64,000 nt of DNA from contig NC_086101.1 in the NCBI RefSeq assembly GCF_963921235.1, positions 10,790,001-10,854,000 on the forward strand, given 5' to 3'. Below are positions 48,553 to 62,044 of the stretch, piece by piece. The notes beneath the pieces are model-generated. The model was not told the DNA's origin, made no database searches, and saw only the letters and a list, made by a program, of their open reading frames with translations. The first letter of the stretch is position 1; each line of letters starts with the position of its first letter. The position numbers were made by a program, and so were the translations under genes. Origin of the DNA: Mobula hypostoma. Taxonomy: Eukaryota.

Positions 48553-51500
48553 TAGGCCGGGAGGAACTGTTGAAATAATTTTTAGGTCTCACCGAACCTC
48601 TGCGTAAATATTATATCTACAGCTCACAGTATGTTAGTGTTATCAGTAAGTTGTAGATATAATAATCCAAGAATAATTGTCAATGCTCTTTTGCGTAGTG
48701 AATAAATGTTTGGCTGAGGATTCTTGATAAGAAACAGATAGTTAAGCTTAGCTTACCTTTCTTGAAATTAATCTCTTTCTTTCCCTTCCATAATTTAAAA
48801 AAAAACTCATAAGGCAAACAAAATATATTTCTCAATTCTGGGTCGAACTTGAGATAAGCACACAAGGATTTCACCTTCAACTGAAATGATGCTGTTTCTA
48901 TTAGTCCGTGAGCCAGTAGGGTCGGTCGGTACCATCTGAGGGGAATAATGCTCACAGTGATTTTTGGCAAGGTATACATCTCTAGAGTTAGAAAGTATGT
49001 GACAGCTTTGCACCAGTGGTAGCTTTATGTGTGCTATCATGCATTTTTTAACACTACCCTAAAATAAGCATTTCTGAAAAGTGGCCAATATACAGTACAA
49101 CATATATGTTCAACCTAGTGGTATTTTGTCATTAGTGATCCCTCAACGTTGAAATTTCTCACAATGATAGCTGAGTTCAAGCACTTTTCAGCAAATGTTA
49201 TAAAATTCTACATGGAAAACTATATCATTGGTGGCACTCGCAGTACAGTGCCCAATATCAGTTGAGTGAATCATTTCATTTTTAGAAAAAATATTTGTTT
49301 GTTGTTTATTTTGGAAAAGTCAATAAAAAAAATACTCTAGGACACATATAATCACATGGATTTGTGGAGAATTTATTCAGGAATTCGAATAAGTAATCAC
49401 TTCTCGTATATATTCCATATTAACATCAGTACAGCAGAAAAGATTACCCCACCCCTCAAAAGGTAAAAAAAAAATCTCATTTGGAGAGATATCTGGAGTT
49501 TTATCAATGTCATGATATTTTCAATATTGTTTTATCAAATCAAAACAATCTTAAGCTTTTGTCATAGCATATAGAATTACAGTACAATAATTCAAATATG
49601 GGGTTCCACATGGCCATAACCTAGGCCCCATTTGGTTGTAAGATGAATATATTTAATCAAAGACTGCTTTCCATACATTGTTCTCCATACTTTCATAACC
49701 TATTAATAATCATAATCATTTTCTAAGTCTTCCACATCTTCATCTGAACTTTCCACACTCTCTGAGGTGGATGCCTGGTTCTCACAGTCTGCCAGTCTAC
49801 ACATGTCAGTACACCTGAGGCCATTTGCAACACACGTACATCTTGGGAGTGAACATTTTTTTGGACAGTTACAGGCCAGTAGATCCAGGATGGCATCGGC
49901 TGCTGGCTGGTCTTCCATCCAGTGCACCACCAACTGTTCAGCTTCCTCTTCTCTCTCCATCTTCCATCCTCTGCCAATAGGGCTTGGCACTTGTGGGTCT
50001 TTCTCCAAACATCTTCTCCATATATCAGCCTGGTCGTTGGCTCACTGTGCATGTTTTGTTAAGCAGTCCTTGCATGGTGGGAGTTGATGACATTCGATTT
50101 CACCTTTTTTCGGACAGAGAAGGTGATACCTGAGCTCATTGACCTTGATGGTTGATGCTTTTGGGGCATACAGGAGACATGTAAGTGTCTCCAGTTTGTC
50201 CATCAGTTCTGGGGAGAGGTCCCATTCCTGACCCAACTTAAAGAATGTGTCCTGAGTTTCATTAAGTTGCATACATACAGTATACAGGATGTGACACTGT
50301 AAGTGCTTTTGCAGGCAAAGGGAAGATAAGTGCCCTAAAACTTGTTTTAGGGCACTTATCTTCCCTTTGCCTGCAAAAGCACTTACAGTGTCACATCCTG
50401 TATACTGTATGTATGCAACCCAATGAGAGCCCTACAAACCTCTATGCCAACAGTGGCAGCAGCCTTCCTGATGTCTACAAGCCTTGTTCGGGTTCTAGTG
50501 CCACACTTCTGAAACAATGGGGCCTCAATCTTGTCACAATATGTTAAAGACATGATAAAGACATCTGTGACTTCTGAGCAGATCACCACAGATTGGTATC
50601 CCTCTCTTGTGGCATGGGCAGCATGGAGAAGTAGGGGGCCATCTGCTTCTTCTTGTTGACACTGAAGAGCTGACACCTCCTCACTGTCTTGAGATGTGAT
50701 TCTGTAACATTTGTCATTCACAGTTGCATACAGAATCTTCTCCCGTAGCTTTGCTCTGTACTCCACCTTCCTCCATTCATGGACTATGAAGCTAATGAGA
50801 CTATTTTTGTTACTGACTTTGGTCAGGAAGCTCCTCCACTGCCTCACCATCTGTGTGCCTGTGATACCTCGCAACTCATGACCAGTCTCTTCACCCCGTA
50901 GAGATCTTTCACTATTCTTGATAGAGTTCTCCTTGTATGTATCGAACACAACAACTATTCTGCTACACTGACTGCCTCCCCTCAGAGCCACATCCAGAAT
51001 TGTTGTGGAAACATCTCTGAAAGTAACTTGATCACCTTTCACTCTTTGGACCAAGTTCATTCCATCAACCACTGTAGCAGAGTTTCCTGGGATTTGCTCT
51101 TCCACTGCTACATTTTTCTGCAAGGTTGTGGCTAAAGTAGCTTTATTTGTCTTCTCAGCAATCCTTCTTGTGTGGACAGGACCCAGGGCAATGTTCCAAG
51201 GGGATAAGAAAGGATATCCTCCATACATACACTGTGCACTTGTGCCATCACTATGATGAGTCCAGACAAAGACCTGTCTGCTTTCAAGATGATCATCCTC
51301 CCATTTGATTTCACTCCTCTCTTCTTACACATATCACTGAATGTTTTCAGCTTGTTGGTTTTCATTGGGTCATGGAATTTCTTTGCTGGCGGGTCTTCCT
51401 CTAGTCTCTCATCCTTGCAGGTTGTATAGCATCGCTCACCAATCTCATATGCCTTCATCAGGTCAGAGGCAATGACCTTGGGGGCTGCCTTTGCCATAGA

Positions 51501-51995
51501 GATGCTAATGAGGTCTCGCTTCTCTGTAAATGGGTTGACCCATTCATGTATGAGGCTAACTGCTGCTGAAATTGCTTCCTCATCTTTCTGGATTCTTGGC
51601 CACTGTAGCTCCACATGAAAAAGCTCTGATTTGTTGCCTTGCACCATCTCCCTTAAGTGTCCCAGGAATGCACTGTGGTGCTCAGCTGTTATGTAGTAAC
51701 ACTTGATAGCTCCAGCATTCAGGCTGAATCATGATGTGCCTCCAGGAGTCTGTGTGTCTTTGTTCACTGTGGCTTCAATAGCCTGGTTCACAGGGATCTG
51801 CCCAAAGGGATTGTTACTTGACAGCTGCACTGAGAATTGGCCTGTCTTGAAGGCCTCATACACAGAAGGATTCTTCTCTGGGAGGTTCATCATCTGAGCA
51901 AAGTAAGGGGACAGGTACCTGGCATAATTCATCTTATCATAGGCAAAGCACCATGGTTCTTATAGCATGGAGGTGCAAATCCCAGTCCCCCCATG
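48553..51995 (-). mobile_element. Academ-like (XPG-domain) DNA transposon, 3' portion, degenerate
   Basis: NYARYL motif; VVDGM...VVVFDTY...QEEADGPLLLHAAHA...TDVF...GCDTVSAFAGKGK (XPG/FEN1-like); C-terminal Cys-rich ACNCPKKCSLPRCTCVANGLRCTDMC; candidate terminus TAGGCCGGGAGG at 48553. Confidence 0.7.
50266..50419. repeat. Perfect palindrome: two 76-bp arms with a 2-nt spacer
   Basis: 50266-50341 is the exact reverse complement of 50344-50419. Confidence 0.97.
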
Positions 51996-52162
51996 AGAGG
52001 CATGCAGAAGCCCAAGTACTACTCACAACACGCTGGAGGAACTCAGCAGGACCCTTCATGAAGGGTTCCGTCCCGAAACGTTGACTGATCATTTCCACGG
52101 ATGCTGCCCGACCTGCTGAGTTCCTCCAGTGTGTCGTGTGTGTTTCTAGCACTAGATTTTTA

Positions 52163-53150
52163 GATAGATAGACAGATATACTTTATTGATCCCGAGGGAA
52201 ATTGGGTTTCGTTACAGCCGCACCAACCAAGAATAGAGCATAAATATAGCAATACAAAAACCACAAACAATCAAACAACAAAATGCAAACTATGCCAGAT
52301 GGAAATAAGTCCAGGACCAGCCTATTGGCTCAGCGTGTCTGACCTTCCATGGGAGGAGCTGCAAAGTTTGATGGCCACGGGCAGGAACAACCTCCGGTGA
52401 CGCCCAGTGTTGTATCTTGGTGGAATATGGCCGGAGTCCAACAGCAAAAAGTTCAATATCTGGTCTACAAACACATTCCTTGATTGTAATATGAACCGGA
52501 TTGCACCATCTGTTGTTAACCAGAACAGTAAGCACCCAACTCCTTTACCCTTACCGCTCTCAGTGCACTTCCAGTCAGCCCAAACGGTCTGGAAGCCATC
52601 CATGGAAAAGTTTTGATCAGGTATGTCCTCTTGCAGCCCCGTTCCAGTGAAACACATAACACTGCACTCCCAAAATGTTCTCTGACGCCTGGCTAATGCC
52701 GTGAACTCGTCCATTTTATTACCTACCGAACTCCAATTCTCCATAAGTCTCTGTTGTTTTGACCCGGTCCTCTTCCCTCGCCTTTGTGATCCCCCTCTGA
52801 ATCTTCTGTGTGTTTTCCTCCAGATATCAGCCAGGGTGTCCGCCGCTCTGCTCGCTAAACCGGCCGGCATAAGCTCAATCAGCTGGTCCCTGGAATAATC
52901 AATGCAACGATGCTTCTGCCCCACTAATAAGACGTGTCAGAATGTAACTATTTCCAGTGCTAAAAACCCAAATAAAACTCTTTCTACCAGCATGTTAGAG
53001 AGGGTGCAGCTTCAGCGTGTTACCGAGAAAAAAAATACAAAAAAATAACTTACATTAAAAAAAGTAAGAAGGAAAAAGTAAGAATACTGGTCGGAACGGC
53101 CGTAACAGGCTGCATGCATGAGCGGCGCATTCGCTAGGTGTGTATTCCTT
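52163..53150 (-). mobile_element. Rex1-like internally deleted element (5' end/endonuclease joined to 3' end)
   Basis: ECSVMCFTGTGL, CRPDIELFAVGLRPY fused to RHRRLFLPVAIKL; (GATA)n tail near 52163. Confidence 0.75.
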
Positions 53151-53159
53151 GCCAAAGTC

Positions 53160-54870
53160 ACTATAAGAATTATTCCCCCCAGATGGTCCTGGCTCATGGA
53201 CTGTGTCATTTCTCTTGACGCTTGTTAAACAAGAAAAAGCTTGCTCACGCATGTAAGAAGTTGAAAACTGCAGCAAAATGTTCATTGCTTTCCGCTGAAT
53301 GGCAGGATACTCTTCTTACACAGAAATCCAGAACTCGTCCAGGGACACAGTCAGTAAATCTAATCTTGAGCGCATAATCAGAGTGCAGCTCACAAAGTTC
53401 TTCCTCTTCTCTCAAAGTCAAGTTCTCAGGCCGATTAGAAGTTTCAGAGAAAGATTCTCTCAACCAGTCATACACTTGCGATGAAAGGGGGGGAAATTAC
53501 TGTTCAAATTTGTTCTGTAGTTCTTCCAGGTGGTTTTCCATAAGACTTGACTTTCTGATATCCTTCCTCATTCTCAAGCCCAAAAAGCAGTGGAAACATT
53601 TCAAGAATTCCTTTTGCAACATGATTTTTTTCAAAGATTCAGTTTCCTTTTAAATCCAAGAATCTTGTCACTTGAAGTCAAAACATTTTCTCCAGGAAAT
53701 TCAGAAACTTGTCCAACTGGTTCATGTGATGAAAGATGTCTGTTAAGCAGGTTAGTTTCTGCAGCCATTCTTCATCTTCAAAGCACTCAGCAAAATCTGG
53801 TGTACTATTTTCTAGAAAGTACACCTGCAATTCACCTTTTAGGTCAAACACCCTGTTGAGAACTCTTCCTCTGCTGAGCTACCGGATTTCTGTATGTAGC
53901 AGGAGATTGGTGTGTTCTTTGTCCAGGTTTTCTCACAGTTTTTTCAACATTTTCTCGTGAACTGATCTTAAAGCTACTTAATAACTTGCTTCCTGAACCC
54001 TTTAAATAACTGTGACTTTAATTTCAAAAGCTTTAACCTGTTTTTTTCTGAGATTCCAATACTTATTATAAATAATCAACACAATTATATTTCAAATGGC
54101 TGTGATTTGTAGTTTAGTGTCTTTTCAATTTTGCTGAAGCCATTGCTACATTTGTAAGTTGTTTGCCACAGACTAGGCACAATTGATTAGGATGACTTGG
54201 ATCACCAGTCCATGTAAAACCCATGGATAAGCAGCTTTTCATTGTAAAAATAGACTCTTGTGTGTCCATTGTTGCACCAGTGCAGTGAAATGACTCAGAA
54301 AATTGTAATTCTGCATTATTAACCATATCAGAAATGACCATAGGCACAGGCCTAGGCTAAGTATCCTCTTCCATCTCACACCTCCTGTTCGAAAGTCACC
54401 ACACTGGACCGACTTTAGAATGAAAATTTCCTTCCAATTTTCTACGACACTGGTACTTTGTTTGCTCCCATAAGTCAGTTGTCAGTGCGTAAGGGGAAGT
54501 CGGGGGAGGTAATTAGGAAGGGAGAGACTGACATCACAGTCCAATTTAGGCAAGTTCATTCAATGCTCAGAAAACACACATCATGCCTACCGTCCACTTC
54601 TCTGTGCACTCACTAATTATCAATGGTCTCCCCATCTCAGGTCAAAAACTGAGAATGGACTCAGCCAAATAAACACAGTCGTACTGCACAGTGCCATACT
54701 GGATTGCTAATGGGGCTGCTCGGTCACTGTCCACCACCGTGAGCGCTAGCGTCGGGCGCTACGTGAAGTTCAGAAAACGATGTTTTTTTTAAAATCATGA
54801 ATTTTCGCGGAATCCCTAGTGACCTCTCACGGATCCCTAGGAATCTGCAGAACCCCGGATGAGAAACCGT
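53160..54870 (-). mobile_element. hAT Charlie/Buster transposase remnant (ZBED8/FAM200-like)
   Basis: LSMGFTWTGDPSHPNQLCLVCGKQLTN...KLKRH BED region; ILLQFSTSYMREQAFSCL C-terminal dimerisation motif; many stops. Confidence 0.8.
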
Positions 54871-55264
54871 TATTTGTAGAAATGAATTTGGAGCCACAGT
54901 TCCCAGCCCATCCCTCAAGCCTACAATTTAATCCAAACTGATCAAACTGTAACCTTCTGCATTCCTGCAGCAAGTGTTCTCTGGTTGAAGTACTTGGCTC
55001 AGGGTGACGAGCTCCAAACACTTCAATACATCGGAGAGGGTTGACATGATATTCCAGGAAGCAGTCACACCCTTCAATGACCATCACTGAATTGGTGAAT
55101 GATCAGGGACAGGAAGATGCGACTGTAGAAGAGATGGATACAGGTATCCAGAGGAACATCAGCCTGTGTGTACAGGAGAAGGAAGAATGCAAGTGTCGGA
55201 GATGACGTGGATCTGGATCAGCTGGAAAACGGTTGGAATCAGAATTTCATTTCTGTTTGGCGAG

Positions 55265-55352
55265 ATGCCAGGAGTGATGTTTGATTGGGAATAGTGATGG
55301 AGCCTCAAAATGCCAGGAGTGATGTTTGATTGGGAGTAGTGATGAAGCCTCA
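55265..55352. repeat. 45-bp tandem duplication
   Basis: ATGCCAGGAGTGATGTTTGATTGGGA.TAGTGATG.AGCCTCA occurs twice. Confidence 0.9.
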
Positions 55353-55881
55353 GCTTTGTACAGTTTATATTAAAAAATAAATGATGACTGGACAATGTCA
55401 ATAAAAAGTTGTAACTTCAACCCTCAAATGTTGGTCTTTGAGCACTTGGAATGCAAAAATCTTTCCACATGTCAATTTTGGGCAATTTCCACACATCTTG
55501 GGCTTTTCTGTCTTACACACAGATTTCAGTGCTGAGTTCCACCCACACAGTTATCCTCCCTCAGATCTAAATCACCCGTTTCTTCATGCTTATTGGGTGG
55601 GTTGTGGTGGACTAGTTGCGGGAAGTTACTTTCCACCCCTGTGCTCCGTCAGATGCCCAAACTAATCCATACTAAATTTATATACAAACTTGTCTTAAAA
55701 CCCGCTACCAGTTTACCTATTTCAGTTTGATGGCATGTGATCAAAATCATAATACTTGTTGAGATTCTTTTCTTTTGAGTTCACAGTCCTGGTTGTGTTG
55801 TTGTTGATCTGTATATTAGGTAACAAGTTCCTCATCAATGTTCCTTATAGGTTCCTTGTCTTATCAATTATTTCTCTCCAG

Positions 55882-56229
55882 GTGATTTTACCCTATTTGT
55901 ACCCGATGAGCCTCTTGTAGCAATCACAGGTGAAGATGTTGTACTGGATTGTGAGCTGCTCCCACCATCCTCTGCCAGCAACATGACAGTGCAGTGGCTG
56001 AAATCAGGTCTCAGCTCACCCATCCACGTGCACAGACATGGACAAGATGATCCCCTCGCTCAGCACCAGGATTACAGAGGAAGGACAGAACTGTTTAAAG
56101 ATGAAATTACCAAAGGAAATATTTCCCTCAGAATAAAGAACGTAAGGCCAGATGATGAAGGGCGATATACATGTTCAGTTGAAGACAGAACTGGCTTCAG
56201 ACAATCTGCGGTGGAACTGCGTGTTCGAA
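55882..56229 (+). CDS. Butyrophilin-like gene, IgV exon
   Basis: TTTCTCTCCAG acceptor, GTGAGT donor, 348 bp open, phase 1-1; GEDVVLDC...VQW...QHQDYRGRTELFKDEITKGNISLRIKNVRPDDEGRYTC is the BTN/MOG-type V domain signature. Confidence 0.92.
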
Positions 56230-56439
56230 GTGAGTATTATTGACATTTGTACCAAGGTATAGTGGGAAGCTTTTGTTTTGCATGCCAACCATAGACCATC
56301 TCATACAAAAGTATATTGAGGCAGTAAAAAGAAAACAATGTGGAATATCGTGCTGTTCTTGCAGAGAAATTAATTACAAGTAATTACACAATTACACATT
56401 AAGGTGTGAGGGCTACTTTGAGTTAGACTGGGTAGTCTG

Positions 56440-57792
56440 AAGTTGTTGGAATCAATTGTTAGGGATGAGATTTCAGAATACCTGGAGGCACATGACAAGA
56501 TAGGCCAAAGCCAGCATGGTTTCCTGAAAGAAAAATCTTGCCTGACTAACCTACTGCAATTTTTTGAAGAAATTACAAGCAGAGTAGATAAAGGAGATGC
56601 AGTAGATGTGGTGTACTTGGATTTTCAGAAGGCCTTTAACAAGGTGCCACACATGAGGCTGCTTAGCAAGATAAAAGCCCATGGAATTACAGGGGAGTTA
56701 CTAATGTGGGTGGAGCATTGGCTGATCAGCAGAAAACGGATAGTGGAAATAAAGGGATCCTATTCCGGCTGGCTGCCGAAAACCAGTGGAGTTCCACAGG
56801 GGTTAGTGTTTTGGACCACTGCTTTTTTCGATATATGTCAATGATTTGGACTATGGGATTAATGGATTTGTGTCTAAATTTGCCAATGATACAAATATAG
56901 GTGGAGGAGCAGGTAGTCTTGAGGAAACAGATAGCCTGCAGAGAGACTTAGATTGTTTAGGGGAATGGGCAAAGAAGTGGCAAATTAAATACAATATTGG
57001 AAAGTGTATGGTCATGCACATTGGTGGAAGAAATAAACAGGCACACTATTATTCAGATGTGGAAAGAATTCAAAATACAGAGATGCAGAGGGACTTGGGA
57101 GTCCTTGTGCAGGATACCCTAAAGGTTAACCTCCAGGTTGAGACTGTGGTGAAGAAGGCAAATATAATGTTGGCATTCATTTCTAGAGGTATATAAGAGC
57201 AGGGTTGTGATGTTGAGGCTCTATAAGGCAGTTGTGAGACCACACTTGGAATATTGTGTGCCGTTTTGAGCTCCTTATTTCAGAAAGGATATACTGATAT
57301 TGGAGAGGGTTCAGAAAAGATTCATGAGAATGTTTCCAGGAATGTAAGGTTTACTGTATGAGGAACATCTGGCAGTACTTGGGCTGTTTTCCCTGGAGTT
57401 CTGGAGTATGTGGGTGGATCTCATAGAAACATTCCGAATATTAAAAGGCCTGAACAGATTAGAAATGGCAAAGCTATTTCCCATGGTAGGGGAGTCTAGG
57501 ACAAGAGGGCACGACTTCAGGATTGAAGGATATCCATTTAGAACAGATGTGGAGAAATTACTTTAGTCAGAGGGTGGTAAATCTGTGGAATTTGTTGCAG
57601 TGAGCAGCTGTGGAGGCCAAGTCATTGGGTGCATTTAAGGCAGAGTTAGATAGGTTCTTGATTAGCCAGGGCATCAAAGGGTATAGGGAGAAGACAGCAG
57701 AGTGGGGATGACTGGATCAGCCATGATTGAATGGTGGAGCAGACTCGATGGGCTGAATAGCCCACCTCTGCCCCTATATCTTATGGTCTTAT
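56440..57792 (+). mobile_element. 5'-truncated CR1 in the intron after the IgV exon
   Basis: SQHGFLKEKSCLTNLL, YLDFQKAF, SKFANDT; CCTATATCTTATGGTCTT tail. Confidence 0.9.
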
Positions 57793-58129
57793 GCTGGTAC
57801 AAGCATTCATATCTTGGAGCGTGAGAGGTCTATTCAAGAGTTTGATAACCATGGCATAGAAACTATCCTCGAATCTGGTGTTCTGTGCTCTAGGGGCTTT
57901 GTATCTTCACTCAGTGGGAGAGGGGAAAAGAGAGAATGGCCAGGGGGTGGGGTATGTGATTATATCAGCCACTTTCCCAACCCAGTGGGAAGTGTAGACA
58001 GAATCAATGAAGAGAGTCTGCTTTGCATTAAGGACCAGGCTTTGTTCACAACTCTTCAGTTTCCTCTCAAACCTTAGTCACAGAGTCATAGAAAAGTACA
58101 TATTTGTATAGAAAAGTATATTTGTAGTA

Positions 58130-58293
58130 AACAGATCATTTAGTAGAGATCTGTTTTCACTTTGACACAAATGAGTCTTTTTCTGTTAATCAGTGTCAAA
58201 AAATGTCGAATCAGGGTCACCTGTGATTCGATGCTGTAAAAGAGTAAAATATGAAAGCTTCTAAGGCGGGGTGAATACTTTTTATAGGCACTG
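58130..58293. mobile_element. Tc1-like terminal fragment
   Basis: GGGGTGAATACTTTTTATAGGCACTG|TA is the reverse of a TA-CAGTG... Tc1-type TIR. Confidence 0.65.
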
Positions 58294-58299
58294 TACTTA

Positions 58300-60300
58300 T
58301 ATAGCTGATTCCTATCAATCCTTTCAATAACTTTCCCACAGCTATTATCAGACTTGCAGGCCTATAATTTCCTAGTTTATGTTGAGAGCCTGTTTTAAAC
58401 AACGGAACAACATTGTCTCTTCTCCAATCCTTTGGTACCTGGCCTGTTGCGAAGGATGTTTTAAATATCTCTGCTGGGGTCCCAGCAATTCCTGCATGCC
58501 TCCTGTAGCGTCTGAGAGAACACTTTGTCAGGTCCTGGGGATTTAACCACCCTGATTTGCGTCAGGGCAGCAAACACCTCCTCCTGCTTAATCTGTACAG
58601 GAACCATGAAGTTGAAGCTGCATTGCCTCGTTGATATAGGCTCTGCATTTGTGTCCTGAGTAAATACAGATACAAAGAATTTAAGATCTCTCCCATCCGT
58701 TTTGACTCCACACATGGTTACCTACCATTCTGATTTCCAGAGGACTAATTTTGTCCCTAGCAGTCTTTTTACACTTAACATACTCTACTTCACCTTGTCT
58801 ACTAAAACAACTTCATACCTTCTTTTGGACTTCCTGATTTCTTTCTTAAGTGTCTCTTGCATTTCGTGTTCTCCAAGAGCATCTCATTTATTGCTACCTG
58901 CCTATACCTGCTATGCATCTCCTTTATCTTTCTTAACCAGGGCCTCAGTATGTTTTGAAATCTAAGGTTCCCGACACCTGTTATCTTTACCTTTTATTCT
59001 GACAGACAAGTACACCCTTTGCACTGTCAAACTTTGGTTTTGAAATCCTCCACTTACAAAGTACACCTTTGCCAGAAAACAGCCAATCCCAATCCACACT
59101 TGCCAGATCATTTCTGATGGCATGAAAATTAGCCTTTCTCCAATCTAGAATCTCAGCCTGAGGATGAGACCTATAATTTTACATATTTACTTTGAAAATC
59201 CAAGTACACAGCATTAATGGATTCTACTTTATCTATCCTCCTTGATATTTCTTGAAAGAATTCCAACAGATTTGTCAGGCAAGATTTTCCCTTGAGAAAA
59301 CCATGCTGACTATGGCCTATTTTATCATATGCCTCCAAGAACCCTAAGACCTCATCCTTAAAAATCAACTCAAACATCTTCCCAACCACTGAGGTCAGAC
59401 GAACTGGCCTAGAGTTTTCTTTCTTCTGCCTCTCTCCCTTCTTGAAATTAGTTGAGTAACATTTGCAATTTTCCAGTCTTCTGGACCCATTGCAGAACCT
59501 AGTGATTATTAATGCCTCCATGATCAAGAATGTTTCGCATTCTAGAAACTCCCCCTGTAGGAATCCTGCACCAGGCTGATTTTCCCAATCTACCTGCATA
59601 TTGAAATCCCCCATGACTATTGTAATATTGCCCTTTTGGCATGCGTTTTCTATCTCCCATTATAATTTGTATGTCACATTCTTACAACGGGTTGGGGTTC
59701 TGTATACAACTCCCGTCAGAGTCTTTTTACCCTTGCAGTTCCTTAGCTCTATCCACAATGAGTCAAAACTAACTGACCCTATGTGACCACTTTCGAATGA
59801 CTTGATATCATTTTTTTACCAACAGAGCAATGCTGCTCCCTCTGCTTTCCTGCCTGTCCTTTCGATACAATGTGTATCCTCGGACATTATGATCCCAACT
59901 ATAATCTTCTTTCAACCATGATTCAAAGATGCCTACAACATCATACCTGCCAATCTGTAACTGTGCTACAAGTTCATCTACCTTATTCTGTATACTGCAC
60001 GCATTCAAATACAACACCTTCAGTCCTGTGTTCACCCTTTTTGATTTTGCCCACCAGTTACATTGCAACTCCCTTGTTGACTGCAATTTTGCCCTATCAA
60101 CAGCCTCTCCTCACTGCACATTGCCTCTGTTTAAACCAGCCACCTCATCTTCAGTACTATTATCCGCCTTTCCTACGATACTTCTGGCATTGAAATATAT
60201 GCAGCTCAGAACACCAGTCGCACCATGCTCAGCCTTTAGATTCCGAACTTTGTCTGAGGTCTCACCAACATATGCCTCCACAACCTCTTCACTAACTGTG
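58300..60300 (-). mobile_element. CR1 fragments
   Basis: LKVLYLNACSIQNK...YTLYRKDR; MGDFNMQ; KSPGPDK; GNYRPASL. Confidence 0.8.
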
Positions 60301-61525
60301 CTGTTGTAGAGGGCATAGTTTTATGGTGAGGGTGAAAAGATTTAACCGGAAAATGAGCAGCAACTTTTTTTCAACTAAAGTTGGTATGTGGAATGAGCTG
60401 CCAGAGGAGGTGGTTGAGGCAAGCACAATAATAACAATTATAACAATAATCAGTACCCTGGCTGGTTGTATCATGATCTGGTCTGGCAATCCGAATGCAC
60501 GGGAATGTAAGAAGCTGCAGGGAAAAGTGGACTCAGCCCAATACATCAGGGGCAAATCCCTCCCCACCATTGGTAGTATCCACAGGAGGCTCTGCCTGAA
60601 GAAGGCAACATCCATCATCAAAGATTTTCACCATTCAGCCATGCCCTCTCCTTGCAGTGACCATTAGGCAGAAGCTACAGAAGCCTGAAGTCTCCACACA
60701 ACCAGGTTCAGGAAAAGCTACTTTCCTTCAACTGTTCAGTTCATCAACTAACTCACAAAACTCTAATCACTACCTCAATATAACAACACGATGACCACAT
60801 CGATCATTTTGCACTAAAGCAGACATTGTTCATTTTTTCATTCAGATTGTGTTCTATTATCCACCTTTCTGCGATACTTCTTGCATTGAAACATGTGCAG
60901 CTCAGAACACTAGTTGCTCCATGCTCAGCCTTCAGATTCTGAACTTTGTCTGAGGTCTTATCAGCATCTGTCTCTGCAACCTCTCCACTTACTGTTCTGT
61001 TGTAGAGAGCATACTTTTAAGGTAAGGGTGAAAAGATTTAATGACAACCATTTTTCTACTGAAGTTGCTTTATGGAATGAGCTGCCAGAGGAAGTGGTTG
61101 AGGCGAGCACAATTATAATAATCAGTATCCTGGCTCATGGCATCACGATCTGGTGTGACAGTCAAATGCCCGGGAATGTAAGAAGCTGCAGGGAAAAGTG
61201 GACTCAGCCCAATACATCAGGGGCAAATCCCTCCCCACCATTGGTAGTATCTACAGGAGGTGCTGCCTCAAGAAGGCAACATCCATCATCAAAGATTTTC
61301 ACCATTCAGCCATGCCATCTCCTTGCAGTGACCATTAGGCAGAAGCTACAGAAGCCTGAAGTCCCCACACAACCAGGTTCAGGAATAGCTACTTTCCTTC
61401 AACTGTTCAGTTCATCAACTAACTCACAAAACTCTAATCACTATCTCAGTACAACAACACGATGACAACCTTGATCACTCTGCACTACAACAGAGATTGT
61501 TTCTTTTTCAATCTGATTGCGTTCT
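60157..61525. repeat. Tandem duplication of a ~0.7-kb CR1/Rex1 mosaic
   Basis: Units start CTATTATCC at 60157 and 60854 and share the same TE junctions. Confidence 0.85.
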
Positions 61526-62044
61526 TTCTTGTAAAAATTACTTATAATTTATGTTTCCCTTGTGAATGCTATCTCAGTGACACTGTATAGCCTGTGATGT
61601 TGCTGCAAGTGTGTTTCTCTTCTGGCCTGTTGCTTTCATGGACTTGTGCATATGACAATAAACAACATTGAAACTCTGAAGAGACAATTTGTCAGGCACA
61701 CGGACAAGGAAGGTTGAGAAGGATCTGGGCTAAACACTGGCAAATGGGACTAGTTTGGATGGGGCATGTTGGTCATTATGGACCAGTTGGGCTGATGGAC
61801 CTGTTTCTGTGCTGTATATCTCTACAATTAAACATCAGTGACAGTGATGAAGTCTCAGAGCCTCCATTATAACAGTCCATTGCAGCCATTTCTAGTTCTT
61901 CCAGTGAACATCTATTGATGTTACAGGAGGAGGCTGCTTGGGCAGTTGTGGACTTTCCACCACATGGAATTTTACTGAACTAATTCCGCTGGGGTGCATT
62001 GCAGATTTTTTTCATTGTCTCATTCACTGATCTTTGTTCCACAG

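Noticed and set aside
49703..51228. Host XPG/FEN1 or tesmin-like gene
   Set aside because: Intron-less, frameshifted and arranged like a transposon ORF.
55265..55352. CRISPR-like or regulatory repeat array
   Set aside because: Only two adjacent units with no spacers, in eukaryotic DNA.
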